This document shows, piece by piece, positions 9,489-20,165 of a stretch of DNA of 64,000 nucleotides. Every line of letters begins with the position of its first letter. Within the stretch, counting starts at the first letter, position 1. The notes under the pieces are model-generated. The model was not told where the DNA came from. It saw only the letters and a list, made by a program, of their open reading frames with translations, and searched no databases. The translations under genes and the position numbers were made by a program. Source of the DNA: an uncultured Lentisphaerales bacterium (GTDB lineage: Bacteria > Verrucomicrobiota > Lentisphaeria > JABSQK01 > UBA12247). The stretch covers positions 32,001 to 96,000 of the forward strand of contig CALSSJ010000011.1 in the NCBI GenBank assembly GCA_943788985.1. Reading direction: 5' to 3'.

Positions 9489-12400
9489 ATGCAACCAAGT
9501 ACTTTTCAATTCTCTGCCCACGTCACGCGCTTGGCTTTCCTGGCACTTTGTCTCAGCCTGTTCATGAGCGGCTCAGGGCTAGCGAACGAGTCGGTAGAAC
9601 TGTTTCCTGCTGGGCAGGCGAAGTGGCAGCAGGCCGGACCGGGCAGCTTTAGCATCGAAAACGGCATTGCGACCAGCCAGGGAGGTATGGGGCTGTGGTG
9701 GTATGCTGGCAAGGCGTACGCGAACGCCACCTTCGATATCGAATTTCAGCTACCGAACCACAAATGGAACTCGGGGATTTTTATCCGCTTTCCAGACCCC
9801 GGAAACGATCCGTGGGTCGCGGTGCGTAAGGGCTACGAGTGCCAGGTCAACGGCGATAAGCCGAGCAAAAGCGCAACTGGCGGGATCTTTAGCATCCAGG
9901 CCCCCAGTCATATGTCCTTGAAGAAACCGGGCGACTGGAATCATTATCAGATCACCACCTGGCAAAACAAGATTCTCATTGTCATTAATGATGAATTGGT
10001 GAACGTATTTACGACCCAGCCGGGCCGGGGCGATCAGCAGGGCTACATCGGCCTGCAGAATCACGATCCCAAGTCGCAAGTACAGTATCGCCAGATTGCG
10101 GTTCGCGAGTGGGCTCAGGATGCGACCTTAGACGAGGTGCAGGCAAGCCTGGGGATCACCCGCGCAGACTGGGCGAACTACCAAGCGCAGCGCAACCCGA
10201 GGGCGAAGTGGTATCAAAAAATGGATATTGGCCCGGCGTTTGCCAGCGTGTTTGAGGACCATTATCATGGCGAGCCCCGCTTGGCGGCTCTCAAAGGGCT
10301 CTGCCTTGAATTGTCGGCCAGCGATTCTATTCGCGGCCTGTTCGACACGGAGACCCTGCGGATGAGTTCGGCCTTCCAAGGCGGGTTGCACTGGTCAGGT
10401 ACACCTTGGACAGGTGCCCACGGCGGCATCATCCGCATGGCGAACGACACAGCGCCCATCATGCAGACCTCTCGCAAGCCAGGCTGGGCCGATAAGAATG
10501 GCTCATTTGCGGATCCGCGGCCCATCAAGGAGTATGGGAATCTGGCCGAGGATCACGCTCGCTTCAACGGCCATTATCGCCATGGCAGCCGGGTCATTCT
10601 CGACTATTCCGTCTTGGGCTCGCGTGTGCTGGAACTGCCCACCGGAAAAGTCGCCGCTGGAGCACCAGCAGTCTTTCGCCAGCTGGACCTGGCAGCTTGT
10701 GAGTACGACCGCTTGTTGTTGGTGGCGGACGATACCCAATCGGAGGTTACTCTGGATGGCGCAGGCACGCTGGCAACGATCAGCCAGCCGGAGCATGAGA
10801 TGGCCGCTGTGCTGCCGCAGGAGGTTGCGGGCGAGGTGAGCGTGGTGACCGACCACACCACGGGGGACTGGGACGAACTTACTATGGGAGCCCCGTCGGA
10901 CCGCGATGCGGGCGACCGCAACGTCAATAAGAAGACCACCTTTCGGGTGGTCCCCGGCTATCTCCCCACGCATGTGCGGGGTGGTGCCGAGGGCGGAGTT
11001 GCTGTGCGCCTGAATGATGGGTTAGCTGCGCGCAATAAGGATGATGTCCCCCGCAGCTTTTTCTTCGCCGACCAGGCCAAGCCGGGCAGGCTAGAGCTGA
11101 ATCTCGATGGCATCCAAGAACTGCGGCGCATTCATCTGTACTCCCATCACAAAAGTAACCGCGCTCCTCAGAGCGTCGAGATCTATGGGGCTGTGGCTCT
11201 TACGGCTGACGCGACACTCGCCATGAAGGAGCTGCCCAACGGGGGCTGGACCCACATTGCTGGTTACAGCACGAGCCACTTCGATGACGGCGGCAAGCAC
11301 GGGGCCGCGATCCTCGCCCCCGCCGGTGAGGCGTTCGGCGCCTACAGAAAGCTGCTGTTCATCTGCGTACCCGGCAGAAAGAAGTCAAACATGCAGACCT
11401 TTTTCTCGGAGATCGACCTTTACGGAAAGGATGCCCCAGCGCTCAAGCCGGTCGGGGGAAGTCGTGATGGCGGGCTGTCCTATATGGCGCATCTGAAGAG
11501 TGAAGGGCTGCGCTTCAGCGCTGGCGAAGATGGGGCGCTGCTGCTGCGGATCCCTGCCTCCAAGAAGCCCACCCGCCTTACGATTGGCTATGCTGCTAGC
11601 CAACAGCAACCAGCAGATCTCGGTTCCGCCATTGCTGCGCTCAAAGCCGCTACGCCAGCGCCACGCGAGCTCGCCTCACTCACCCACGGCACAGGTCCTG
11701 CGCTCTTCCCCGAGACTGTGGAGGCAACAATTGAGCGTGGTACTGATCAGGACACGTGGGCGGTGGACACCATCGGCCTGCCGGTCAACAATCCCTGGTT
11801 CTCGATGATCAAGCCCGGCGGTTTGGACCTTTTTACCGATGGCGACTCTGCTGCGATCTGCACCTGGAATGGGGATGTTTGGATCGTTAAAGGCCTCAAG
11901 AGCGGTGACGGGACCGTGCATTGGCAGCGCTTCGCCACCGGCTTGTACGAGCCGTTGGGACTAAGGATTGTCGACGACATCGTATACGTCAACTGCCGTG
12001 ACCAGATCACCCGCCTTCATGACCAGAATCAGGACGGCGAGGCCGACCGGTATGAGTGCTTCAATAACGACGTCTATATCACCGCAAACTTCCACGAGTT
12101 TACCTTTGGCCTGCAGACCGATCAAGACGGAAATTTCTATCTTGCCAAGGGCGCACCCGTACGTGCTGGCGGGCGTGGTTTTGAGCGTATTTTGCCACAC
12201 AACGGCACCCTGCTGCGCATTGCCAAAGATGGCAAGAAACTCGACGTGATCGCGACGGGGCTGCGCGCGCCTGGCGGGATCGGGGTCGGCCCCAATGGCG
12301 AAATCACCACAGGGGAGAATGAAGGCACTTGGCAGCCGTGCTGCAAGCTCAATTACTTTACCCAGCCAGACACCTTCCTCGGCGTCGAGGATGCTGCTCA

Positions 12401-15167
12401 TCAGCTCAAGGGCCAGGCGATGCACCTGCCGCTGTGTTACTTTCCCATGCGTACCGACAACTCCGGCGGCGGCCAGGTGTGGGTGCCGCCCACTGTTGAC
12501 TGGGGGCTGAAGGCGGGTGAACTCATCCACCTCTCCTACGGCAAGAGCTCCCTGTATCGCGTCCTGCGGCAGGAAGTCGACGGCCTCATGCAGGGAGGCG
12601 TCGTGCGCATTCCGGTAACGCTCAACTCCTCGGCCATGCGCGCTCGCTTCCATCAGGATGGCTCCCTCTACGTACTCGGATTTCGCGGCTGGCAGACCAA
12701 CGCCGCCAAAACTCAGGGCCTGCAGCGCATTCGCTATACCGGACAGCCGGTGACCATCCCCAATCGGCTTGAGGCCACCGAGAAAGGCATCTACATTGGC
12801 TTCGAAAAGCAGCTTGATCCGGCCACGGTTGCCGATCCGTTTAATTTTAAGGTTGAGCGTTGGAAGTACATCCGCTGCGGGCAATATGGCTCCGGCGAGT
12901 TTTCCATCGACAATCGAGACCTTGAAGCGGAAAAGCAAGCACTGGTCCGGCCCAGTAAAGGTCACCGCAAGCACGACCAGGTGCGGGTCGCCAGGAGTGT
13001 ACTTTTGCCGGATGGAAAGACCCTCTTTCTGGTCATCCCAAGCATGAAGCCAGCCGAACAGATGAGCATTCGCTACACCTTGACGTTTGCGGATGCCACC
13101 AAGGCCCACGGCGAAATCATCCATACCGTGCATCGGCTCGGAAAGCACCTCGACGATGCAATTGCCCAGGTCGCTGAAACCACCGAGGCCACGCGCGAGG
13201 ACCTCAAACCCGGGCTGCACCAAACCCTCACCGTCGCCGAGAAATCAGACCACCGCGTGGCTCGGCTTCCTGCCCAATACACCGCCGCCACAGACGCCGT
13301 CAGCGACATGCTACCAGCTGGCCCGTTTAGCGCCACTTGGTCAGGCTACCTCGTCCTTGAGGAACGGATGTCCCCACGTTTCACGCTAGAAGGTACCGGT
13401 GCAGCTGCCCTGATCATCAACGGTGCCACAATTCTTGAGGAAACAGGTACGCTGGGGCGTACCACGTCCGCGCCGTTGCACCTCGACCCGGGCGCCCACT
13501 CCTTCCAACTCTCCTACACCGGGGCGAGCGACGGCTCAGGCCATGTTCGAGTCCTCTGGCAGACTGAGACATTCTTTTGCCAAAGTATCCCAGCAGGCTA
13601 TTTCAAGCACGAACCGAACCCGGCTTTGTCAGAAGCGCTGACCGTTCGGCGTGGGCGCGATCTGCTGGTCCAGCAAAGCTGCCTGAGCTGTCATAGCCCC
13701 GGTCCAGATCTTGGCTTGCCTGAGTTGGCTGACAAAGGACCCGACCTGAGCGGCATCGGCTCGCGCGTCAGTCAACAATGGCTCGGCCGCTGGCTCGCCT
13801 CGCCCCACAGTCTCAAGCCTGGCACCACCATGCCAGCCACCATAGACGGCAAGACCCAACAAGGCCGCACGGATGCCGCCGATATCGCGGCCTACTTGGT
13901 CACGCTCAAAGGCCCGCCAGCCCCTTCCGTAACAGAGCAGGCTGACGACGCCAAGCATGGCGGTGCCCGCTTTCACGCCCTTGGCTGCATTGCCTGCCAT
14001 AGCCTGCCAGACCAGCCTTATGATGCGACGACCGAGCGCACACCGCTCAACAATGTTCACAGCAAGTACAATCTGGCCTCGCTCAGCGCGTTTCTAAAAA
14101 AGCCAGACCGGCACCATCCCTCAATCAAAATGCCCGACTTTCGGCTTACTGATGACGAAGCCCGCCAGCTTGCCGTGTTTCTGCGAACTGCTGCCAAAGG
14201 CAAGGCGCTCCGCTTGCACGACGATGTTCCAGTGGCCGGAGATGCCACTCGTGGTAAACAGCTCATCGCTGCCAAAAACTGTGCCGCTTGCCACAGCGGC
14301 CTCCCGGCTGCCAGTAGAAAGCCGCGAAACTTTACGGGCATCCTTCGCCGTAACTGGGACGAGCGTGGCTGCGTTGCGGCCCGAGAAGCGGGCGTAACCC
14401 CACAACTTAACCTGACACAAGTGGAGCGCGCGGACCTCGAGGCCTTCCGCCGCACCTTCGCCGCAAACGCCCCCCAGGCCCTCTCCAGTACGTCCAGCCA
14501 CGACTTCGCCCAGCGTCAGGTGCAGGCCCTGAACTGCGCTGCCTGCCATGAGCATGATGATGTGCCCTCACGCCTTGCCTCCCTGCACAGCCAAAGCCAA
14601 TCACTCAGCGATGGCGTTCCAGCAGACCCTGCGCATGCGGTCGATCAATCTCGTCCTGCACTCACCTACACGGGCGAAATGCTACACAGCGACTACCTGC
14701 AAGGCATGCTGGAGGGCAGCACAGAGCCTCGCCCACGGCCTTGGCTGGCCATGCGCATGCCAACATTCCACGGCCGGGCCAAACTTCTCGCGCAGGGGTT
14801 GGGCGTCCAACATGGCATGCCGCCCAGCTCCGTGGAGACGACCGAGCTCGATGCAGAACAGGTTTCCATTGGCAAAAAGCTCACCGGCGCTACCGGCGGC
14901 TTTGCCTGCACGATCTGCCATGGGGATGGAGACACAGCACCGCTTGCAGCCTTCGAGGTAAAGGGCATCAACTTTGACCAAGTGGCCGTGCGGCTTCGTC
15001 CGGGCTACTACCACCAGTGGATGGAAAACCCACACAGCATCACCCCCACTACGAAGATGCCTCGCTACACCCAGAACAACAAATCTCCACTGCCGGACTT
15101 TGACCACGATGCTCGCAAGCAATTCGATGCCATGCTCGAGTATCTCAAAAGCATCAGTAAAGACTGA
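9489..15167 (+). CDS. 1892-aa secreted protein: DUF1080 + DUF6797-type region + discoidin-like insert + sugar-dehydrogenase-like propeller + PA14-like + five c-type heme motifs
   Basis: Start reassigned to ATG 9489 (signal peptide follows). DUF1080 motifs 'NSGIFIR', 'GDWNHYQI', 'GYIGLQNH'; 'FDTETLRM', 'GHYRHGSRVILDYSV'; 'FATGLYEPLGLRIVD'; 'FSATWSGYL'. CxxCH motifs: CLSCH, CIACH, CAACH, CAACH, CTICH. Confidence 0.85.
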   Translation: MQPSTFQFSAHVTRLAFLALCLSLFMSGSGLANESVELFPAGQAKWQQAGPGSFSIENGIATSQGGMGLWWYAGKAYANATFDIEFQLPNHKWNSGIFIRFPDPGNDPWVAVRKGYECQVNGDKPSKSATGGIFSIQAPSHMSLKKPGDWNHYQITTWQNKILIVINDELVNVFTTQPGRGDQQGYIGLQNHDPKSQVQYRQIAVREWAQDATLDEVQASLGITRADWANYQAQRNPRAKWYQKMDIGPAFASVFEDHYHGEPRLAALKGLCLELSASDSIRGLFDTETLRMSSAFQGGLHWSGTPWTGAHGGIIRMANDTAPIMQTSRKPGWADKNGSFADPRPIKEYGNLAEDHARFNGHYRHGSRVILDYSVLGSRVLELPTGKVAAGAPAVFRQLDLAACEYDRLLLVADDTQSEVTLDGAGTLATISQPEHEMAAVLPQEVAGEVSVVTDHTTGDWDELTMGAPSDRDAGDRNVNKKTTFRVVPGYLPTHVRGGAEGGVAVRLNDGLAARNKDDVPRSFFFADQAKPGRLELNLDGIQELRRIHLYSHHKSNRAPQSVEIYGAVALTADATLAMKELPNGGWTHIAGYSTSHFDDGGKHGAAILAPAGEAFGAYRKLLFICVPGRKKSNMQTFFSEIDLYGKDAPALKPVGGSRDGGLSYMAHLKSEGLRFSAGEDGALLLRIPASKKPTRLTIGYAASQQQPADLGSAIAALKAATPAPRELASLTHGTGPALFPETVEATIERGTDQDTWAVDTIGLPVNNPWFSMIKPGGLDLFTDGDSAAICTWNGDVWIVKGLKSGDGTVHWQRFATGLYEPLGLRIVDDIVYVNCRDQITRLHDQNQDGEADRYECFNNDVYITANFHEFTFGLQTDQDGNFYLAKGAPVRAGGRGFERILPHNGTLLRIAKDGKKLDVIATGLRAPGGIGVGPNGEITTGENEGTWQPCCKLNYFTQPDTFLGVEDAAHQLKGQAMHLPLCYFPMRTDNSGGGQVWVPPTVDWGLKAGELIHLSYGKSSLYRVLRQEVDGLMQGGVVRIPVTLNSSAMRARFHQDGSLYVLGFRGWQTNAAKTQGLQRIRYTGQPVTIPNRLEATEKGIYIGFEKQLDPATVADPFNFKVERWKYIRCGQYGSGEFSIDNRDLEAEKQALVRPSKGHRKHDQVRVARSVLLPDGKTLFLVIPSMKPAEQMSIRYTLTFADATKAHGEIIHTVHRLGKHLDDAIAQVAETTEATREDLKPGLHQTLTVAEKSDHRVARLPAQYTAATDAVSDMLPAGPFSATWSGYLVLEERMSPRFTLEGTGAAALIINGATILEETGTLGRTTSAPLHLDPGAHSFQLSYTGASDGSGHVRVLWQTETFFCQSIPAGYFKHEPNPALSEALTVRRGRDLLVQQSCLSCHSPGPDLGLPELADKGPDLSGIGSRVSQQWLGRWLASPHSLKPGTTMPATIDGKTQQGRTDAADIAAYLVTLKGPPAPSVTEQADDAKHGGARFHALGCIACHSLPDQPYDATTERTPLNNVHSKYNLASLSAFLKKPDRHHPSIKMPDFRLTDDEARQLAVFLRTAAKGKALRLHDDVPVAGDATRGKQLIAAKNCAACHSGLPAASRKPRNFTGILRRNWDERGCVAAREAGVTPQLNLTQVERADLEAFRRTFAANAPQALSSTSSHDFAQRQVQALNCAACHEHDDVPSRLASLHSQSQSLSDGVPADPAHAVDQSRPALTYTGEMLHSDYLQGMLEGSTEPRPRPWLAMRMPTFHGRAKLLAQGLGVQHGMPPSSVETTELDAEQVSIGKKLTGATGGFACTICHGDGDTAPLAAFEVKGINFDQVAVRLRPGYYHQWMENPHSITPTTKMPRYTQNNKSPLPDFDHDARKQFDAMLEYLKSISKD

Positions 15168-15271
15168 TCAGTCCGCTGAGTCGTTCCTACTACTTGACTA
15201 CGCCCGCCGCCAGCCACGACTTCCAGGGCTGTACGATCCGGCAAGGCTCTTGATAGGGGCGCGCTCGCTTT

Positions 15272-15320
15272 CGGACTGATCGGTCTTGATCAGACTGATC
15301 CGAACGACTATCGGACGATT
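15272..15320. repeat. Degenerate 9-10 nt tandem repeat (CGGACTGAT-like) between convergent genes
   Basis: cggactgat cggtcttgat cagactgat ccgaacgactatcggacgat. Confidence 0.45.
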
Positions 15321-15369
15321 TTGTCTTCCCAGCTCCCAGCAAGATCTGCTGGCTTGGCCCCTACGGGCC

Positions 15370-18300
15370 CTACTCCGGGCTCAAGGTATGGATGGTGTTG
15401 TGAATGATGCGGTCTTCGCCATTGGCGAAGGCGCAGCGGACTTCCATGCCCCAGGTGGGGCGCAGGTCGGGGATCGAGAGCCGGAGGGTACGGTCGTCGC
15501 TGGAGATAGCGGTAACGGATAGCTGCTGCTCATTCAGGTGCTTGGAGCCGTAGTTCTTGGTGCGCGCGAGGTCCCAGGTGGTCACCGTCACTGCGTCCAC
15601 CGGAGGAAGCGGGTCGCTGAAGGTGACCGTTAGGGCTCCGGCGCGTGCTTCGAGTTGGACAGGCAGATAGGAGGGCGTAGCAGTAGGGCGCAGGCGATAA
15701 AAGCCGCCGTCGGCGTGCTGGCTCCCGGCCCAGGCAAACATTCCGGCGACGTAGAGGTCGTGCGATTTGGGGTGAAAGCGTCCGCGGTGGATACCGGTGG
15801 GAAAGCGTTCGACAGGAAAGGCACACATCCCTCCCTGAGCTTGGCCGTCGATGATCTCGTGCGGCACGGTATAGATCATGCCATAGCCATAGCTGAGGTT
15901 TAGCAGCGTGCCGCGCAATGTGCCCCAGTTGTCGGCTTCCTCGGGCACCCAGAGCAACTCGGCCGGGGAACGGTCGAAACGGTTTGTGATCCAGCATAGC
16001 GGCTGCTCCATGGCGCTATTGGCTTCATCGATGACGTCGTGGTAGCCATACATGTTGCCGTAGAAGCCACCCTCGCGGACGTAGTTGATCCGGTTCTTCG
16101 GATTCCAGTGGCCCTCTTGGTCGGTGACGATCCAGGTCCCATCCGGGTTGAGGCAGACGCCGTTGGCGGCGCGGAAGCCGGTGGCCACGATGTCGGTGCG
16201 CTGGCCGTCCGGGCTGACACGCAAGAGCGTGCCGTGGTGTGGCACGACGGCCACCTTGGCGTGGCGGGCGGACTTGGCGTAGTAGAAGTTGCCGGCGTCG
16301 TCTACCTGTAAGCCCATGGCAAACTCGTGGAAGTGCTCGGTGACCTGATGGTCGCTATTGAAGGCCTCGATGAAGTCGATCTCGTCGTCGCCATTGTAGT
16401 CGTGCAACTTGGCGATCTGGTCGCGGCAGGCGACGTAGATGCTGCCGTCGACGATTTTTAGGCCGAGGGGCTGAAACATGCCTGAGCAGATGCGCCGCCA
16501 GGTGAGTTGGCTGAGGTCGCCGGCAATGCCATCGACCAGCCAGACATCGCCAGACCAGGTGCAGACGGCGGCTCGATCCGGGTTGTCGGCAAAGAAGTCG
16601 AAGCCGCCGAGGCGCATCCACGACTTCCAGGGATTGGTGGCGGTGTCGGGGAGTGTGATGGTGTCGATGGCGAACGGCCCGTCGGCACTGCCAGGTTTGC
16701 CTTGCGTCTTCACGACCTGCTGGCCGAAACGCGCCGGGCCGCCGCGGGTTAGCGGGGCCAAATCGACGGCGGCAGGTGTGATCGCTTCCAGCGCGCCTTG
16801 CTCTAGGTCGGCGAATGCCAACGTGAGCTTGGCCGGCGTCGCAGCGGCGGGAATGATGAGGTGGATGTCGTCGCCATCCCGCGAGAGTGTCACGCCCGCA
16901 GGTCCGTTAAGGGCTACCGCGTGCGTGGCGTTGCTGGGGGCGAGGCGAGTGACCAGGTCGTGGCTGGACGCGCCAATGTTGAGCGTACGCGCAAAGATGG
17001 TGACCTCGCCCTGTTCGAGCATACCGGGGCGTTCGAGTATATCGGCATCGCCGACGCTATACTGCAGCAGAACTTGGTCGCCGTGGACATGCATGCCGCG
17101 ATAGCGCACCCAGTCGTGTGGCAGCGGGCCGTAGCGCCTGCCGTCGCGGCCGACGAGGCGCTTGTCCTCCCAAGTGCCGTCCTTGGGGTAGTGCCAGGCA
17201 GGCAGGTCGGGCGTGGTGAATAGCGGGCTGCCAGCGATGCTGGTGTGGGTGCCATGGGAACCGTCGAAGGCGATGCTGCGCCAATCGACGAACGTGCCAG
17301 TGTAGGCAACGGCAACGCGCATGGTGTCGGCCTCGTAGACCAGCCAGGCGCGGCCCTTTGAGACGCCGCCGGCTTCCTTATCGAGCCGCACTGCAATGCC
17401 TTTGTTGGCGATATTGCGGTCTTGCTGCGAACTGCCGGGGTTAACCTGGTAGGTCCCCATCAGGGCGGGGCCGAAGTCCATGTCGAGATAGGGCTTGGGT
17501 CTGGCGGCCTTGCGGCGCTTCTTCGCCCCTGCGAGCTTGCGTGGCGTTCGCATGGGCTGCGGTAGGCTGGCGAGGTAGTCGGCCGGCACCGGCGGGAATT
17601 GCTCGGGGTTCTGCGTCTTGAGGAAGCTCTCCCGGATGTACTGAATGACCGCGTACTTCTCGGCGGCGGAGTACTGCGGCTGGGGGACCATCATGCCGTA
17701 GCCCCGGGTGAGGGTCTGGTACATGCGGAACGGGTCGACACCGTTCTTGAGCGAATCTTGGTGAAACTTGGTGGCGGTGGGCAGACTGCCTTCTTGTTCA
17801 ACTGTGCCGTGGCAGGTCACGCAAAGGCTCTGGTAGATCTGCTTACCCTGGGCGAGGGTCTTGTGATTCCAACCAGCAATGAGTGTGGCGTGGGAGATCT
17901 TGTCCAGTGGCTGTACCCAGGCGTCCTGGAGGGTGAGGTCGGCGCCTGCCACCAGCTTGAGCTGGGTCGGATAGCCAGGCTGGCCTAGGCCCTTAAAGGT
18001 CTCAGTCAGCTCGGGGGATGCCCAATCCAGCGTGGGCGCTGCATTGGCTGGGATGCTGCCGGTACGCAGGCTCGCAAAGTCCGGGCCAGCGATCGCGCGG
18101 GGCCAGTACGCCAGGTGGCTGACGGCACCGTTGGTGAGTTCTGTGGCGAAGTTGGACGCTGCGTGACCGATCTTGAAGACATGGCCCTTGATGTCGGGCG
18201 CGGTGAAGCGGTCTCTGTGCATCATCAACTTGCCGTCGAGATATACCTCCGCGCGACCTGCCTTGAGCCGAAGCACCACGGTATGTGGCTTGTCATCGTT

Positions 18301-18858
18301 GACGGTGGGGCCGCCCGTCACGTGCCCGACCCAGCCGATATCATAGACCAACTTCCCGTCGCGGATGAACAGCGCCTTCGCCTTGGGAACCCACTTTCCG
18401 TTTGGTAGGCACTTGGAGAAGATTGTCCCGTTTCCCGTGGTCTGAAAGGTCGCAGAGACCGTGTAATCGCGGTCGCAGCGCAAGGCGCCATCGGCAGAGA
18501 CATAAGTCGACGCCCCTGCTGAACCAGGAATCGGGTGTGCTTCATAGATCGGTTCGCCGTCCAGCCGGGTGCTGACGTAGGCGGCTTGTCCGGCTATGTG
18601 CTCATAGGTCAGGTCAAGCGTGCCGGCTCCGGCAGGAAGATCGATCACAAAGTCCTCGCGCAGTTGCAACTTTGCCGCCGAGGTCGCGGTGTACGCGAGG
18701 CGCAACCGGAAGTTTGCCAATGGCCGCGACGTATGGCCGTCTTGGAAGACTGGCGTGCGCGTTTGTGCGGCGGTCTTGGAGGTCACCGGGATTGTTTGCG
18801 CACCTGCCATTATGGCACTGAGCACAAGCGGCAGTGCGTAAGAAAGGAGTCGTTTCAT
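15370..18858 (-). CDS. Secreted LamG-like + monoheme cytochrome c + DUF6797-type + propeller protein
   Basis: Start reassigned to ATG 18858 (MKRLLSYALPLVL signal peptide); 'VNDDKPHTVVL' (LamG-like); CVTCH; 'MDFGPAL', 'FDGSHG', 'HFHEFAMGLQVD', 'ATGFRAANG'. Confidence 0.85.
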   Translation of the reverse strand: MKRLLSYALPLVLSAIMAGAQTIPVTSKTAAQTRTPVFQDGHTSRPLANFRLRLAYTATSAAKLQLREDFVIDLPAGAGTLDLTYEHIAGQAAYVSTRLDGEPIYEAHPIPGSAGASTYVSADGALRCDRDYTVSATFQTTGNGTIFSKCLPNGKWVPKAKALFIRDGKLVYDIGWVGHVTGGPTVNDDKPHTVVLRLKAGRAEVYLDGKLMMHRDRFTAPDIKGHVFKIGHAASNFATELTNGAVSHLAYWPRAIAGPDFASLRTGSIPANAAPTLDWASPELTETFKGLGQPGYPTQLKLVAGADLTLQDAWVQPLDKISHATLIAGWNHKTLAQGKQIYQSLCVTCHGTVEQEGSLPTATKFHQDSLKNGVDPFRMYQTLTRGYGMMVPQPQYSAAEKYAVIQYIRESFLKTQNPEQFPPVPADYLASLPQPMRTPRKLAGAKKRRKAARPKPYLDMDFGPALMGTYQVNPGSSQQDRNIANKGIAVRLDKEAGGVSKGRAWLVYEADTMRVAVAYTGTFVDWRSIAFDGSHGTHTSIAGSPLFTTPDLPAWHYPKDGTWEDKRLVGRDGRRYGPLPHDWVRYRGMHVHGDQVLLQYSVGDADILERPGMLEQGEVTIFARTLNIGASSHDLVTRLAPSNATHAVALNGPAGVTLSRDGDDIHLIIPAAATPAKLTLAFADLEQGALEAITPAAVDLAPLTRGGPARFGQQVVKTQGKPGSADGPFAIDTITLPDTATNPWKSWMRLGGFDFFADNPDRAAVCTWSGDVWLVDGIAGDLSQLTWRRICSGMFQPLGLKIVDGSIYVACRDQIAKLHDYNGDDEIDFIEAFNSDHQVTEHFHEFAMGLQVDDAGNFYYAKSARHAKVAVVPHHGTLLRVSPDGQRTDIVATGFRAANGVCLNPDGTWIVTDQEGHWNPKNRINYVREGGFYGNMYGYHDVIDEANSAMEQPLCWITNRFDRSPAELLWVPEEADNWGTLRGTLLNLSYGYGMIYTVPHEIIDGQAQGGMCAFPVERFPTGIHRGRFHPKSHDLYVAGMFAWAGSQHADGGFYRLRPTATPSYLPVQLEARAGALTVTFSDPLPPVDAVTVTTWDLARTKNYGSKHLNEQQLSVTAISSDDRTLRLSIPDLRPTWGMEVRCAFANGEDRIIHNTIHTLSPE

Positions 18859-19003
18859 TGTCACAGGTCGGTAGTCTCGTGTGTGCGGGCTATGTCTGTT
18901 GATTTGGTCACCAAATCTCGCCGAAAGTACGACGGGTCTCCGTGCTCGCCCCCACCGGGGGAAGACGCGCACGGAGACGCGTCGTAGCGTCGCGGTAGCA
19001 GTT

Positions 19004-19750
19004 TTAAACCTTCGCAAAGCGTTGCCGGTAGCGGCTGGGGGTGATTTTAAGCTCGGAGCGGAACGAGTGCGTCATACTGGTCTGGTCGAAGAAGCCGGAG
19101 TCCCTGGCGATCTCGGCCAGAGAACGATCGCTCTCGCGGATCAACTGGCAGGCCGCGTTGAGCCGGATCTTGCGGACGTACTGGCCGGGCGTGATGCCAA
19201 ATAGTTTTCGAAAGAGGCGCTCAAGCGTACTGATTGAGATCTTGGCAACTTTGGCCATATCGGCCTTGGTGATGCCGTCTTGGTAGTGAGCCTGCACGTA
19301 TTCGACGATCGAGTGCATGCCGGGATGGCTCCGGTAGACGGTATCGGAGTCGTTGATTTCGCGGGTCATCCCCACTAGGCCAATGATCTGGCCGTCGTGA
19401 TCATAGAGGGGAATCTTGGTGGTGCAGCGCCATTGTAGCGTGTCTGGGGTGGGCACCAGTTCCACGCGGTCGAGAATGCGCTCTCCCTTTTCGAGGACGG
19501 CTTGGTCATCGGCATGAAAGGATTCCGCGAGGAAGTCCGCCGTAAAGGCCATATCGGTCTTGCCAATCAGATCGTCCAGAGACGCGGCACCAATGAGGCG
19601 TAGAAGTGCCGGGTTTCCGGTGACGAAGCGGTACTCATGATCCTTAATGAAAAAGGCAACATCCGGCACTCGGTTCAGTAGCAGGTCCAAGAACTGCTCG
19701 GAACGAAGTCGGCTCTTTAGCTCTTCGTATGCGGACGGATTCACGCTCAC
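19004..19750 (-). CDS. AraC-family regulator with N-terminal PAS domain
   Basis: PAS: 'VAFFIKDHEYRFV...LIGKTD...TTKIPLYDHDGQIIGLVG'. AraC HTH: 'LERLFRKLFGITP...IARDSGFFDQTSMTHSFRSELKITPSRYR'. Confidence 0.93.
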   Translation of the reverse strand: MSVNPSAYEELKSRLRSEQFLDLLLNRVPDVAFFIKDHEYRFVTGNPALLRLIGAASLDDLIGKTDMAFTADFLAESFHADDQAVLEKGERILDRVELVPTPDTLQWRCTTKIPLYDHDGQIIGLVGMTREINDSDTVYRSHPGMHSIVEYVQAHYQDGITKADMAKVAKISISTLERLFRKLFGITPGQYVRKIRLNAACQLIRESDRSLAEIARDSGFFDQTSMTHSFRSELKITPSRYRQRFAKV

Positions 19751-20056
19751 TTGTCTTCCTGTGGGTCTGACGGTCTACCACAAACAGTAAGCCAAAAAAT
19801 GGAGCAGGATAGCATATTCTAGAGAAATTATTGACGTCTTGGAACAATTGAGTATTGCTGTCACATACTTTTTTGTCATCGTAAGGCTTCGAACACATCG
19901 CCGATGAACGCATTCATCAATGACGCTCGGGAACAAGGTGGTACGAAATCCACCACGCCAAGATTGAAGAGCAGTCGCTGCCAGGTGCGGGGTCGTCGAT
20001 GAAAGAGAATGCCCAATAACAAACAGGGAATTTCCAATGTCCAAGAAAAACGTGGT

Positions 20057-20076
20057 GGCAATTCCATTGAATTGCC
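20057..20076. promoter_or_regulatory. Perfect 8-bp inverted repeat, candidate operator
   Basis: GGCAATTC-catt-GAATTGCC in the divergent intergenic region, about 90 bp before ATG 20166. Confidence 0.35.
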
Positions 20077-20165
20077 GGGGTCGGCAACTCTCGTTCCGTT
20101 GGTGATAGGAAATTCTATGTTGGGTTTTGGGTATTGATTATTATTTCCACAACAAAGGAGCCCTT

